Positions 10,220 through 17,975 of a DNA stretch of 40,000 nucleotides are shown here, piece after piece (position 1 is the first letter of the stretch; each line of letters starts with the position of its first letter). Location: the NCBI GenBank assembly GCA_021824145.1, contig JAKALM010000010.1:104013-144012 (forward strand), read 5' to 3'. Both the position numbers and the translations under genes were made by a program. The DNA comes from Bacteroidota bacterium (GTDB lineage Bacteria; Bacteroidota; Ignavibacteria; Ignavibacteriales; Ignavibacteriaceae). The notes under the pieces were generated by a model. It was not told where the DNA came from. It searched no databases and was given only the letters and a program-made list of their open reading frames with translations.

Positions 10220-10600
10220 ATGCTTTTAAAAAATATTATTTATCGACAAACTTTAATTGAAGATGCTAATCTGATAACAGAATTATGCCTTCAATTGAGT
10301 TATCAAGTAATTGTTAATGAAGTAACAAAACAACTTCAAAAAAAATAATGTATAAAAAGATACCATAATAATTGCAGCAGAAATTGGGAATAATGCAGCC
10401 GGATGGATTCAAGTTAGCGTCAGATATTCAATTGAATTGGGCGATTTTGCTGAAATTACCGGATTGGTTGCGGATGAAAAATTTTGATGAAATAGCATTG
10501 GAAGAAACATTTTGTTAATGTCAGAAGAATAGGCAAAACAAAATGTTTTAAAATAATTGAGTGCGAACAAATGTTATAAGAAAAGAGAAAGGACGCTTAA
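10220..10600 (+). pseudogene. Decayed GNAT-family N-acetyltransferase
   Basis: ATG at 10220 reads MLLKNIIYRQTLIEDANLITELCLQLSYQVIVNEVTKQLQKK then a stop. In a shifted frame the GNAT core continues: DTIIIAAEIGNNAAGWIQVSVRYSIELGDFAEITGLVADEKF-stop-stop-NSIGRNILLMSEE-stop-AKQNVLK-stop-L. A third frame gives VRTNVIRKE just before the pirin start. At least 2 frameshifts and 5 in-frame stops. Confidence 0.6.
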
Positions 10601-11506
10601 ATGTCAATTCGGCCAGTGAAGAAAATTTTAAAAGCACAACCAACAATTGAAGGTTCTGGTGTTAATCTTCGCCGAGCAGTTGGATTTGGCGACCCTTCGG
10701 AGACTGATCCTTTTCTACTGCTTGATGATTTTCGCAGCGATAATCCAGAAGATTATATTGCGGGTTTTCCATGGCATCCACACAGAGGAATAGAAACAAT
10801 AACTTATGTACTTGCCGGCAGTGTTGAACATGGCGACAGCATTGGAAACAAAGGAGTTATTTCTTCAGGCGATATTCAATGGATGACTGCGGGCAGCGGA
10901 ATAATTCATCAAGAAATGCCTAAAGGTGATTCTTACGGCAGAATGCATGGTTTTCAACTTTGGGCAAATTTGCCAGCTGCATTAAAAATGACTGCTCCTC
11001 GATATCAAGAAATAAAGTCCTCTGACATACCAGAAGTAATTGATGATGACGGAACAAAAGTTAGAATCGTCTGCGGAGAATTTTGGGGAAAGAAAGGCCC
11101 AGTTGATGGCATTGCTGCTGATCCAACTTATGTTGATATTTATGTTCCGTCAGGAAAAAGAAAAACATTTTCTATAAATAATATGAATAATGCCTTTGCC
11201 TATGTATTTGCAGGCTCAGGCAAATTTTTACATGCCTCCTCTCCGCTTGCCGTACCGACAGAAAATATTGAGATAATAAACTCAGGGCAAGCTGCTGAGG
11301 CAGATAATCGTTCATTAATTTTATTCGACAGCGGCGATGAGGTTACAGTTCAAGCAGATGACCAAGGAATTAGATTCCTTCTAATTTCGGGCAAACCATT
11401 AAAAGAACCAGTTGCTTGGTATGGTCCAATTGTAATGAATACTCAAGAAGAATTGCAAAAAGCATTTAAAGAACTACAGATGGGAACATTTTTAAAATCG
11501 AGATAA
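10601..11506 (+). CDS. Pirin-family bicupin protein
   Basis: Classic pirin N-terminal cupin block GFPWHPHRGIETITYVLAGSVEHGDSIGNKG...GDIQWMTAGSGIIHQEMP, ~300 aa. SD-like agaaagga upstream. Confidence 0.9.
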   Translation: MSIRPVKKILKAQPTIEGSGVNLRRAVGFGDPSETDPFLLLDDFRSDNPEDYIAGFPWHPHRGIETITYVLAGSVEHGDSIGNKGVISSGDIQWMTAGSGIIHQEMPKGDSYGRMHGFQLWANLPAALKMTAPRYQEIKSSDIPEVIDDDGTKVRIVCGEFWGKKGPVDGIAADPTYVDIYVPSGKRKTFSINNMNNAFAYVFAGSGKFLHASSPLAVPTENIEIINSGQAAEADNRSLILFDSGDEVTVQADDQGIRFLLISGKPLKEPVAWYGPIVMNTQEELQKAFKELQMGTFLKSR

Positions 11507-11705
11507 TACGCATACAAGTAAAATTGATAAGATTATGATATTGATTTAAAATAAAATTTTTCAAAAATATTAATATAGGGGAAAGCATTCCAACATTGTG
11601 GAAAAATAGACTTAATATATTTAAGAAAATTTTTTTATTAATAATCCTTACTGCTTTCAGTTTTTTCTATTATTTTACAATAACAAAATTGGCTGATAAA
11701 TTATT

Positions 11706-12929
11706 ATGAAAAACAAAGATTTTGCAAGAGATGAATTTCAGAAAGAAAAAGAGCTAGCCGAAAGAAATCTGCAATTAGAAGAATTGATTGTAATCCATAA
11801 CAAAATTGAAGCTGAGCTTTTACATAGCAATCAAAAATTGGAAGCCATAATTTCTGCTACTCCAGATGGAATTGGAATGATTTCATTAGATGGGAAACTT
11901 GAATTTCTCTCGGATAAACTAATTGAAATATACGGTTATTTGCCTGAGCAAAGAATGGAACTGATCGGGAAATCTGCATTAGATTTTATAGATCCTTCAG
12001 ATCATGACAAAATAATAGAAAATATTCAAAATATTTTAAAAGAAAAAAAAGATACTCAGCGTACAGAATACCTTGCAATAAAAAAAGACAACAGCCGATT
12101 TTATATTGATGTTAATTCAACAGTTTTATTTGATGCTTCAGGAAACCCTCAAAATATATTATTTGTTGAACGCGATATTACCGAACAGAAAAAGTCCGAA
12201 GAAACAATTCAAAAGCAATTCAAACAACTTGAAGAGCTGAATGCTTCTAAAGATAAATTCTTTTCTATTATTGCACATGACTTGAGAAGCCCTTTCCAAT
12301 CATTATTAAGCGCATCTGATTTAATGGCTAATGATATAGATAATTTGACAAGAGAAGAGATTAAATCATTAAGCCGCGGGTTAAATAACAGTTTACTAAA
12401 TCTATTCGGATTGATGGAAAACCTACTTACATGGTCTAAAGTGCAAAGAAATAAAATAGAGCATAATCCAGTTAATATAAATTTATATTTTGTTGTAACC
12501 AGAATATTTGATCTTGCAGCTCAATCTGCCGATAAGAAAAAGATAAAATTTATCAATAATATTAATAGTGAAAGCGAAGTTTATGCAGACGCCGATATGC
12601 TAAATTCAATTATTCAGAACCTAACAACAAACGCAATAAAATTTACAAATGAAAACGGAGAAATTATTATTTCTTCAATAGAAAAGAATGATTTAATCGA
12701 AGTTTCAGTTCAAGATAATGGAATAGGAATTGAATCTGAAAAATTACAAAACCTCTTCGATCCAAATTCATTCTATTCAACTAAAGGAACCGCTGGAGAA
12801 AAAGGAACAGGACTTGGTTTATCACTTTGTAAAGAATTTGTGGAAAGAAATGGTGGCAAAATTTGGGTAGAAAGTGAAATAGGAAAAGGATCGAAATTTA
12901 CTTTCACTTTGAAAAAAGCAACTACTTAA
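11706..12929 (+). CDS. PAS-domain sensor histidine kinase (HisKA + HATPase_c), no TM in the annotated frame
   Basis: Coiled-coil N-terminus, PAS (ATPDGIGMISLDGKLEFLSDKLIEIYGY), H-box FFSIIAHDLRSPF, N-box TNAIKFT, G1 DNGIGI, G2 GTGLGLSLCKEFV. Confidence 0.9.
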   Translation: MKNKDFARDEFQKEKELAERNLQLEELIVIHNKIEAELLHSNQKLEAIISATPDGIGMISLDGKLEFLSDKLIEIYGYLPEQRMELIGKSALDFIDPSDHDKIIENIQNILKEKKDTQRTEYLAIKKDNSRFYIDVNSTVLFDASGNPQNILFVERDITEQKKSEETIQKQFKQLEELNASKDKFFSIIAHDLRSPFQSLLSASDLMANDIDNLTREEIKSLSRGLNNSLLNLFGLMENLLTWSKVQRNKIEHNPVNINLYFVVTRIFDLAAQSADKKKIKFINNINSESEVYADADMLNSIIQNLTTNAIKFTNENGEIIISSIEKNDLIEVSVQDNGIGIESEKLQNLFDPNSFYSTKGTAGEKGTGLGLSLCKEFVERNGGKIWVESEIGKGSKFTFTLKKATT

Positions 12930-12930
12930 A

Positions 12931-13059
12931 GGGGCTGTCCAAAAAGTAGTGCAGCAGTCATTGCGAGGAATGAAACGACGAAGCAATCTTTTGTTTTTTA
13001 ATTCAAAATTCAGTTCACTTCGCTTCTCTCATGATGACAACATTACTTTTTGAACAGCC
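12931..13059 (+). repeat. Family-A palindromic miniature repeat, copy A1 (solo)
   Basis: Termini ggggctgtccaaaaagta...tactttttgaacagcc are inverted repeats. Internal half-sites gtcattgcgagga...cgacgaagcaatc and gttcacttcgcttctctcatgatgac are imperfectly complementary. Starts 1 nt after the kinase stop codon (12927-12929). About 90% or more identical by eye to copies at 17601, 37119 and 38815. Confidence 0.85.
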
Positions 13060-13168
13060 ACAATCAGAAACTAATTAGATTAAACTTTTTATACAGTTTC
13101 AAATAATACAATTTGTATTTTTTGGATTTTTATTCAGTAGATTTATATAAAAAGTTTGAATCAAATTT

Positions 13169-13708
13169 TTAAGCTGCACTTTTTTGTTTAGATAAAAACG
13201 GTGCTAATCCTAAAATAAAAGCAATTAAAACTACTATTAAAGAACCGGCTAAATCTGGTTTCACCGTCATAATAAATATTGCTCCAAAGCCAACCGTTAA
13301 TCTTGACTGTAATAAATTTAACAGTTTTAGTTTAATTATATGTGAATTAAGATCAGAGGATTTTATATCAGTTGAAGAATTTAAAAACTTGCGAAGCGTG
13401 GTAATTTTTCCTCCAGTAAATACCGATCCTTGAATTACTAAAAACAGCCAAAGTAAAAACGAAACCATCATCCATGGTGCCCAACCCCATTTAGCAGATG
13501 CCATATAAATACCTGTAATTAGCAGCAAAACGCCGCCAATAATAAATGCTGATTTATAAGTTGAGAGGAAGTTTGTCCATTCCAAAGCTTGTTCCAATTT
13601 TACCGATCTATTAAGCTTTGTAACTCCCACCCATTCAAGGCTCATGCCCATAAATAAAATAAACGCGCCGGAGATATGGAAAAATAAAACGACAAAATAA
13701 ATATCCAT
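13169..13708 (-). CDS. Hypothetical integral membrane protein (~5 TM)
   Basis: Track ORF, almost entirely hydrophobic helices (FVVLFFHISGAFILFMGMSL; AFIIGGVLLLITGIYMA; WMMVSFLLWLFLVIQGSVF; FGAIFIMTV; LIVVLIAFILGLAPFL). No family assigned. Confidence 0.55.
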   Translation of the reverse strand: MDIYFVVLFFHISGAFILFMGMSLEWVGVTKLNRSVKLEQALEWTNFLSTYKSAFIIGGVLLLITGIYMASAKWGWAPWMMVSFLLWLFLVIQGSVFTGGKITTLRKFLNSSTDIKSSDLNSHIIKLKLLNLLQSRLTVGFGAIFIMTVKPDLAGSLIVVLIAFILGLAPFLSKQKSAA

Positions 13709-13865
13709 AATGTTCCCTTTGACTATTTTTTAATAAAACTTATTTAGACAAATATTATTTCTAATTACCTGTCTAATATAAAATATTGAACATTAATCTT
13801 GAAAGCTTAAATAAAGAAGTAAAGATTCATGTGGCATATAACAAAGTGCTTATAGAAATTATATA

Positions 13866-14024
13866 CCAGTTGTGTGAATTAGATTGTAAGCCGTTGAAAC
13901 GGCTCTAATAAAGCATGTTTTTCATATTAACTCACGGATTAATCCGTGGGTTAATAAAATCACTCTTTTATTTCGTAACTGTTTCAACAGTTTCCTATGA
14001 TTAATTTTTAATTCACACAACAGG
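13866..14024 (+). mobile_element. Family-B MITE-like element, copy B1 (short form, 20-nt palindromic centre instead of an A insert)
   Basis: Terminal inverted repeats ccagttgtgtgaatt / aattcacacaacagg. Each arm has its own 6-bp hairpin (agccgttgaaacggct; aactgtttcaacagtt). The centre 13931-13950 ctcacggattaatccgtggg is flanked by ttaa on both sides. Flanking near-repeat aattatata / tattatata (8 of 9). Confidence 0.8.
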
Positions 14025-14253
14025 TATTATATAATATAAATATATATAAATATCTAAAAATTTAAGCTATATGTATTTTACGGATTCCATTTGAGAAACA
14101 GTTCTTGATTATTATGGATATGATAAACAAGCTAAAAACCTATTTTGTAGAAACTCTAATTATTATTTATTCTTGTAATTGTTCTTCAAAAATTGTTTGT
14201 ATAATACAAAGTGACAGAAGCAAAATCATATTCAAATTTGCGAAAGTGTGTTA

Positions 14254-15624
14254 ATGAAATCAGTAATAATATTTTTAGGATTCGTGTTTGCTTTATTAAA
14301 TTTTCATTGCGGCAGTTCAACTAAAGTTGAAAAGGAAAAAACTACCAGCAAGATCGAAAAGACAGCCAACGCTAAAGGCACATTTTATTATTCATGTATT
14401 TATGTAGATGAACATGGAGATAATTCTTCCGTTTGGTTTTTTAATTCACAAGACAGCGCCAAACAGTTAATTCTAAAACTGCCTTCCAATTATGGTATAT
14501 CCGCAGATAATTTTAAATTATCGCCTTCGCAAGGATTTCTCGCGTTTTATGATTATGATTCTATAAATAATAAAACAAATGTGTATTCTTTTTACTTAAC
14601 TAGTAAAGAGCTCGCCTGGTTGAAAAGTGACCGCGGCAATAACGGCGTAGATTTAGTTTGGGAAAGTGATTCGCTGCTGTATTGCAATTTAAATTCCGGA
14701 GACAAAGATACATATTCAAAAGAGAAATATACTTCGCTGATAAATGTTTCTTCAAATAAAACAATTAAAAATTTCACTCCGGCTAGAGGTAATCGTCTGG
14801 TTGGTTATGTTAACAACAGATATTTGCTCTATGAATTCGATCCGGGTGGCAGCATTTATCAAAATCATTATTATCTAATTGAAAAGAACAGCAATAAAAT
14901 TTTTAAGGATTTTAAAAAGGAAGATGATTCGCACGGACTTGTCAATTTTGAAGTCTCTCCTTCGGGCAATGATTTTTTTCATATACCTTATAAAATATTT
15001 AAGAATGATAAAGGTAAATCAATTAGAGAAGAAGAGCTCGTTGCGCAAAATATTAAAAGATCTTCGGAAGAATCAATTGCACATACTCAAACCGGATTTA
15101 CAAATACCTTTTGGTCGCCAGATGGAAATGTTATTTCATTCTTGAAAGTCGGATCAATAAATTATAATGCAGCAACTAAAAAATATACGGATATCAGATA
15201 CTTATATTTTTATGATGTTAGGACAAAACAATTATCTAATCTAAAAACCTACCAGATTGAAGGCGAAGATGGTGTACAATCTGAATTTGATATTCCGAAA
15301 GCATTGCCAGATGGTTCTATAATTTTTAATTATTTAAACTACCAATGGTCCCCTTCAGGAAAATATATTTTTATAAACAGACAAGACCTGACAATGAATA
15401 GCGCACTTAATAATTTTATAATTTATGATAACAACTCAAAGGACGAAAGAACCCTGATAAAAAATTACAATGGTAATGTTAAAGTCATTGGCTGGTGGAA
15501 TGATGAATTAATTCTTCTTCAGCAAGATGATAAATATATTTGCTATGATTTGAAAAATGATAAAAACTTTGATATACCTATAACAGGAAAAATTCTTTAT
15601 TTAAAAAGTATGACAGAAAATTGA
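14254..15624 (+). CDS. Exported (possibly lipo-)protein with TolB/PD40-like beta-propeller repeats
   Basis: MKSVIIFLGFVFALLNFHC-GSS signal with a Cys (non-canonical lipobox). Repeated WSPDGNVISF / WSPSGKYIF motifs typical of PD40-type blades. The track ORF begins at GTG 14248; I prefer ATG 14254. Confidence 0.6.
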   Translation: MKSVIIFLGFVFALLNFHCGSSTKVEKEKTTSKIEKTANAKGTFYYSCIYVDEHGDNSSVWFFNSQDSAKQLILKLPSNYGISADNFKLSPSQGFLAFYDYDSINNKTNVYSFYLTSKELAWLKSDRGNNGVDLVWESDSLLYCNLNSGDKDTYSKEKYTSLINVSSNKTIKNFTPARGNRLVGYVNNRYLLYEFDPGGSIYQNHYYLIEKNSNKIFKDFKKEDDSHGLVNFEVSPSGNDFFHIPYKIFKNDKGKSIREEELVAQNIKRSSEESIAHTQTGFTNTFWSPDGNVISFLKVGSINYNAATKKYTDIRYLYFYDVRTKQLSNLKTYQIEGEDGVQSEFDIPKALPDGSIIFNYLNYQWSPSGKYIFINRQDLTMNSALNNFIIYDNNSKDERTLIKNYNGNVKVIGWWNDELILLQQDDKYICYDLKNDKNFDIPITGKILYLKSMTEN

Positions 15625-15728
15625 GTTCCATTTGTTATATAATTTCCAGATTTGTAATTTACTAGAAGAATAAACTATAAAGAAAGTTACTTTAAGCAGA
15701 ATCGACAAACATTATAAAGGAAGTCATT

Positions 15729-16214
15729 ATGAAAAACATTTCGGTTATCTTTGTTACAAGTATCTTAATACTTTTTTTATCAAACATCAGCACTGCTCAG
15801 TCTAAGCCTATCAACATCGCTTTGTTTAATCCTGTTCAAATATTTCCTGAGAGTACATCCATTTCAGGTATTCGTATAAACTTAATATACGGCAAGAATG
15901 TTTCAATGGAAGGATTTGATTGGGGACTTGTAAACAGTGTTGGAAACGGGGGTGTTAAAGGTATTCAGTGGGGATTTATAAATTTAAATGATGGAAACTT
16001 CCTAGGCTGGCAAAGCGGCGCTGTGAATATAAATAATAATAATGTTAAAGGTTTTCAATGGGGCTGGTTTAATAAAGGCAATCATGTAAGCGGTTTGCAG
16101 CTTGGATTAATAAATATGGCGCAAAGCTTATATGGTATTCAGATTGGACTTATAAATTTCATAGAAACCGGCGGACAGTTTCCTGTATTTCCAATTGTCA
16201 ACTGGTCTTTCTAA
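15729..16214 (+). CDS. Secreted repeat protein with ~15-aa G-x-Q-x-G-x-x-N repeats
   Basis: Signal peptide (ILILFLSNISTA-QS), SD aaggaag upstream. About seven tandem repeats, e.g. VKGIQWGFINLNDGN / FLGWQSGAVNINNNN / VKGFQWGWFNKGNH / VSGLQLGLINMAQS / LYGIQIGLINFIE. Ends in an aromatic residue (WSF). Confidence 0.7.
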   Translation: MKNISVIFVTSILILFLSNISTAQSKPINIALFNPVQIFPESTSISGIRINLIYGKNVSMEGFDWGLVNSVGNGGVKGIQWGFINLNDGNFLGWQSGAVNINNNNVKGFQWGWFNKGNHVSGLQLGLINMAQSLYGIQIGLINFIETGGQFPVFPIVNWSF

Positions 16215-16223
16215 AAAATATAT

Positions 16224-16347
16224 AACTGAAGTTACGCAAAGAAATAAATTTGGCAATCCGAATTTGATTCGGAATCTCTTTTTTACGCAGTTTTTAGATG
16301 CTGATAAACTCAGCATGACATTTATAAGCTCTTGCGTAACTTCAGTA
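16224..16347. repeat. Single-copy inverted-repeat element: 15-bp outer stem enclosing two hairpins
   Basis: actgaagttacgcaa (16225-16239) pairs with ttgcgtaacttcagt (16332-16346). Inner hairpins are ccgaat-ttg-attcgg (16258-16272) and atgctga-taaac-tcagcat (16298-16316). Begins 10 nt after the stop of the upstream gene. Confidence 0.5.
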
Positions 16348-16482
16348 AATAATTTGTTTTTAATATATGATCAATATAGGAATATCATTCCCTGTAAGGA
16401 TTTAATCTGATGATGTCTATTTGTTTTCAAATCTCATATTTTATATTTGAAATAAAATATGAGATAATATTGAAACACTTCT

Positions 16483-17100
16483 ATGCAATTTAATAAAGAC
16501 CACTGGTACGATGGAATTTTTTACGAAAAACTAATAGCTCCAAATCAAGATGGGGTTTTCCGGATTATAAAATCTTTAATTAAAGAAAACTCAAAAGTGA
16601 TTGACGCTGGCTGCGGAACTGGTAGGTTACCTTTCCAGCTTGAAGATAAATGCAGCAGAATTGATGCTGTTGATCTTTCGCAAAGAAATATTAACATCGC
16701 AAATAAAAAATTAAACAATAAGCCTTCACAAAAAATATTTTTTCATCATAATGATTTATCAAACTTTTTGAACAATTGCGGAACTCATTATGACTATTCC
16801 GTTATGACTTATGTTATTCACGAGATAAACGAAGATATGAGAGAAAATATCATTAAAACTTTAGCTGATTTTTCAGACCATATTATTATTGCAGATTATT
16901 TATATCCGGTTAAAAGAAGTTTCTGGTCGATCTTAAATAATACAGTCGAGTTTGTGGCAGGGAAAGAACATTACAAAGGTTTTAAATCTTTTATTGCCGC
17001 AAAAGGTTTATCCGGACTTGCAGAAAGAACCGGATTAAAAATAATCAAAGAAATTAAAAATAAACCTTTAACTAGTCATATAGTTATGCTTGAAAAATAA
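16483..17100 (+). CDS. Class I SAM-dependent methyltransferase
   Basis: Motif I VIDAGCGTGRL, acidic residue after beta-2 (IDAVDLS), motif-II-like FHHNDL, ~205 aa. Confidence 0.8.
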   Translation: MQFNKDHWYDGIFYEKLIAPNQDGVFRIIKSLIKENSKVIDAGCGTGRLPFQLEDKCSRIDAVDLSQRNINIANKKLNNKPSQKIFFHHNDLSNFLNNCGTHYDYSVMTYVIHEINEDMRENIIKTLADFSDHIIIADYLYPVKRSFWSILNNTVEFVAGKEHYKGFKSFIAAKGLSGLAERTGLKIIKEIKNKPLTSHIVMLEK

Positions 17101-17118
17101 AATTATAAAGAAACAATT

Positions 17119-17592
17119 ATGGAACAAGAAGCAATACAAAATTACTATCCGGATGAACTGAGCTACTGCTACGGCTGTGGAAGATTGAACGAACATGGAC
17201 ATCAAATCAAGAGCTACTGGAAAGGCGACAAAACGATTGCTCATTTTTCGCCAAAGCCTTACCATATTGCTATTCCAGGATTTGTTTATGGAGGTTTAAT
17301 AGCATCGCTTATTGATTGTCATGGTACTGGAACTGCTGCACTAGCTTCATACAGAAATGAAGGAAGAAATCCCGATACTCTTCCTCCCTTCCGTTTTGTA
17401 ACTGCCTCGCTTCAAGTAGATTATTTAAAACCAACACCGCTCGGTGTTGAATTAGAGATAATTGGTACTATTGTAGAAATTAAAGGGAGAAAAGTAATTT
17501 CTGAAATTACTGTCTCTGCAAACGGCGAAATAACTGCACGCGGAAAAGTTATTGCAGTTCAAATGCCGGATAGTTTTACTATTGCAAAATAA
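17119..17592 (+). CDS. PaaI-family (hotdog-fold) thioesterase
   Basis: N-terminal CYGCG...H.H zinc-ribbon-like stretch, then GFVYGGLIASLIDCHG and a long central-helix/beta-sheet pattern typical of PaaI/YbgC-like hotdog proteins. Starts 18 nt after the methyltransferase. Confidence 0.7.
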   Translation: MEQEAIQNYYPDELSYCYGCGRLNEHGHQIKSYWKGDKTIAHFSPKPYHIAIPGFVYGGLIASLIDCHGTGTAALASYRNEGRNPDTLPPFRFVTASLQVDYLKPTPLGVELEIIGTIVEIKGRKVISEITVSANGEITARGKVIAVQMPDSFTIAK

Positions 17593-17600
17593 AATTTACA

Positions 17601-17729
17601 GGGGCTGTCCCAAATGTAATGTTGTCATCACGAGAGAAGCAAAGTGATCTGAATTTTGAATTAAAACAAAAGATTGCTTCGTCGTTTCACTCCTCGCAAT
17701 GACTTCTACTCTACTTTTTGGACAGCTCC
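17601..17729 (-). repeat. Family-A palindromic miniature repeat, copy A2 (solo, inverted relative to A1)
   Basis: ggggctgtcccaaatgtaatgttgtcatcacgagagaagc...gattgcttcgtcgtttcactcctcgcaatgac...ctactttttggacagctcc. Starts 8 nt after the thioesterase stop. Flanked by a perfect 10-bp inverted repeat aaaatttaca (17591-17600) / tgtaaatttt (17731-17740). Confidence 0.85.
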
Positions 17730-17975
17730 ATGTAAATTTTTGTCCATTTATTTTATAAACTTGTCAATCTTCCTATTTATTTGTAGTTACTTTTTCATAT
17801 TGTAAAAAGGGATCATTAAAAGAAATTTCTAATGTGATTTTATTTATATAAAAGTTCTGTAATATTTGATTAATTGTTTTAGCATTTTAAAAATTCTCTT
17901 AATACTAGTCAAAAATATTAGCACCTATTTTATTTTTTATTAGGAAGAAATTATAAAATAATTTGAGTAATAATA

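Noticed and set aside
13082-13157. 12-bp inverted repeat aaactttttata / tataaaaagttt and small hairpin aataca-att-tgtatt + T-run after copy A1, as a terminator
   Set aside because: The stems are AT-only with low predicted stability in an AT-rich spacer. This cannot be distinguished from chance without folding energies or 3'-end data.
14592-15145. Track ORFs 14592..14777 (-) and 14879..15145 (+, alternate frame)
   Set aside because: They are embedded in the 458-aa exported-protein CDS. Their composition is that expected from off-frame reading of AT-rich DNA.
16128-16410. Track ORFs 16128..16316 (-) and 16195..16410 (+)
   Set aside because: Both are read through the inverted-repeat structure at 16224-16347. 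The mirrored peptide content (…VTSV… on both strands) is what a palindrome produces, not two genes.
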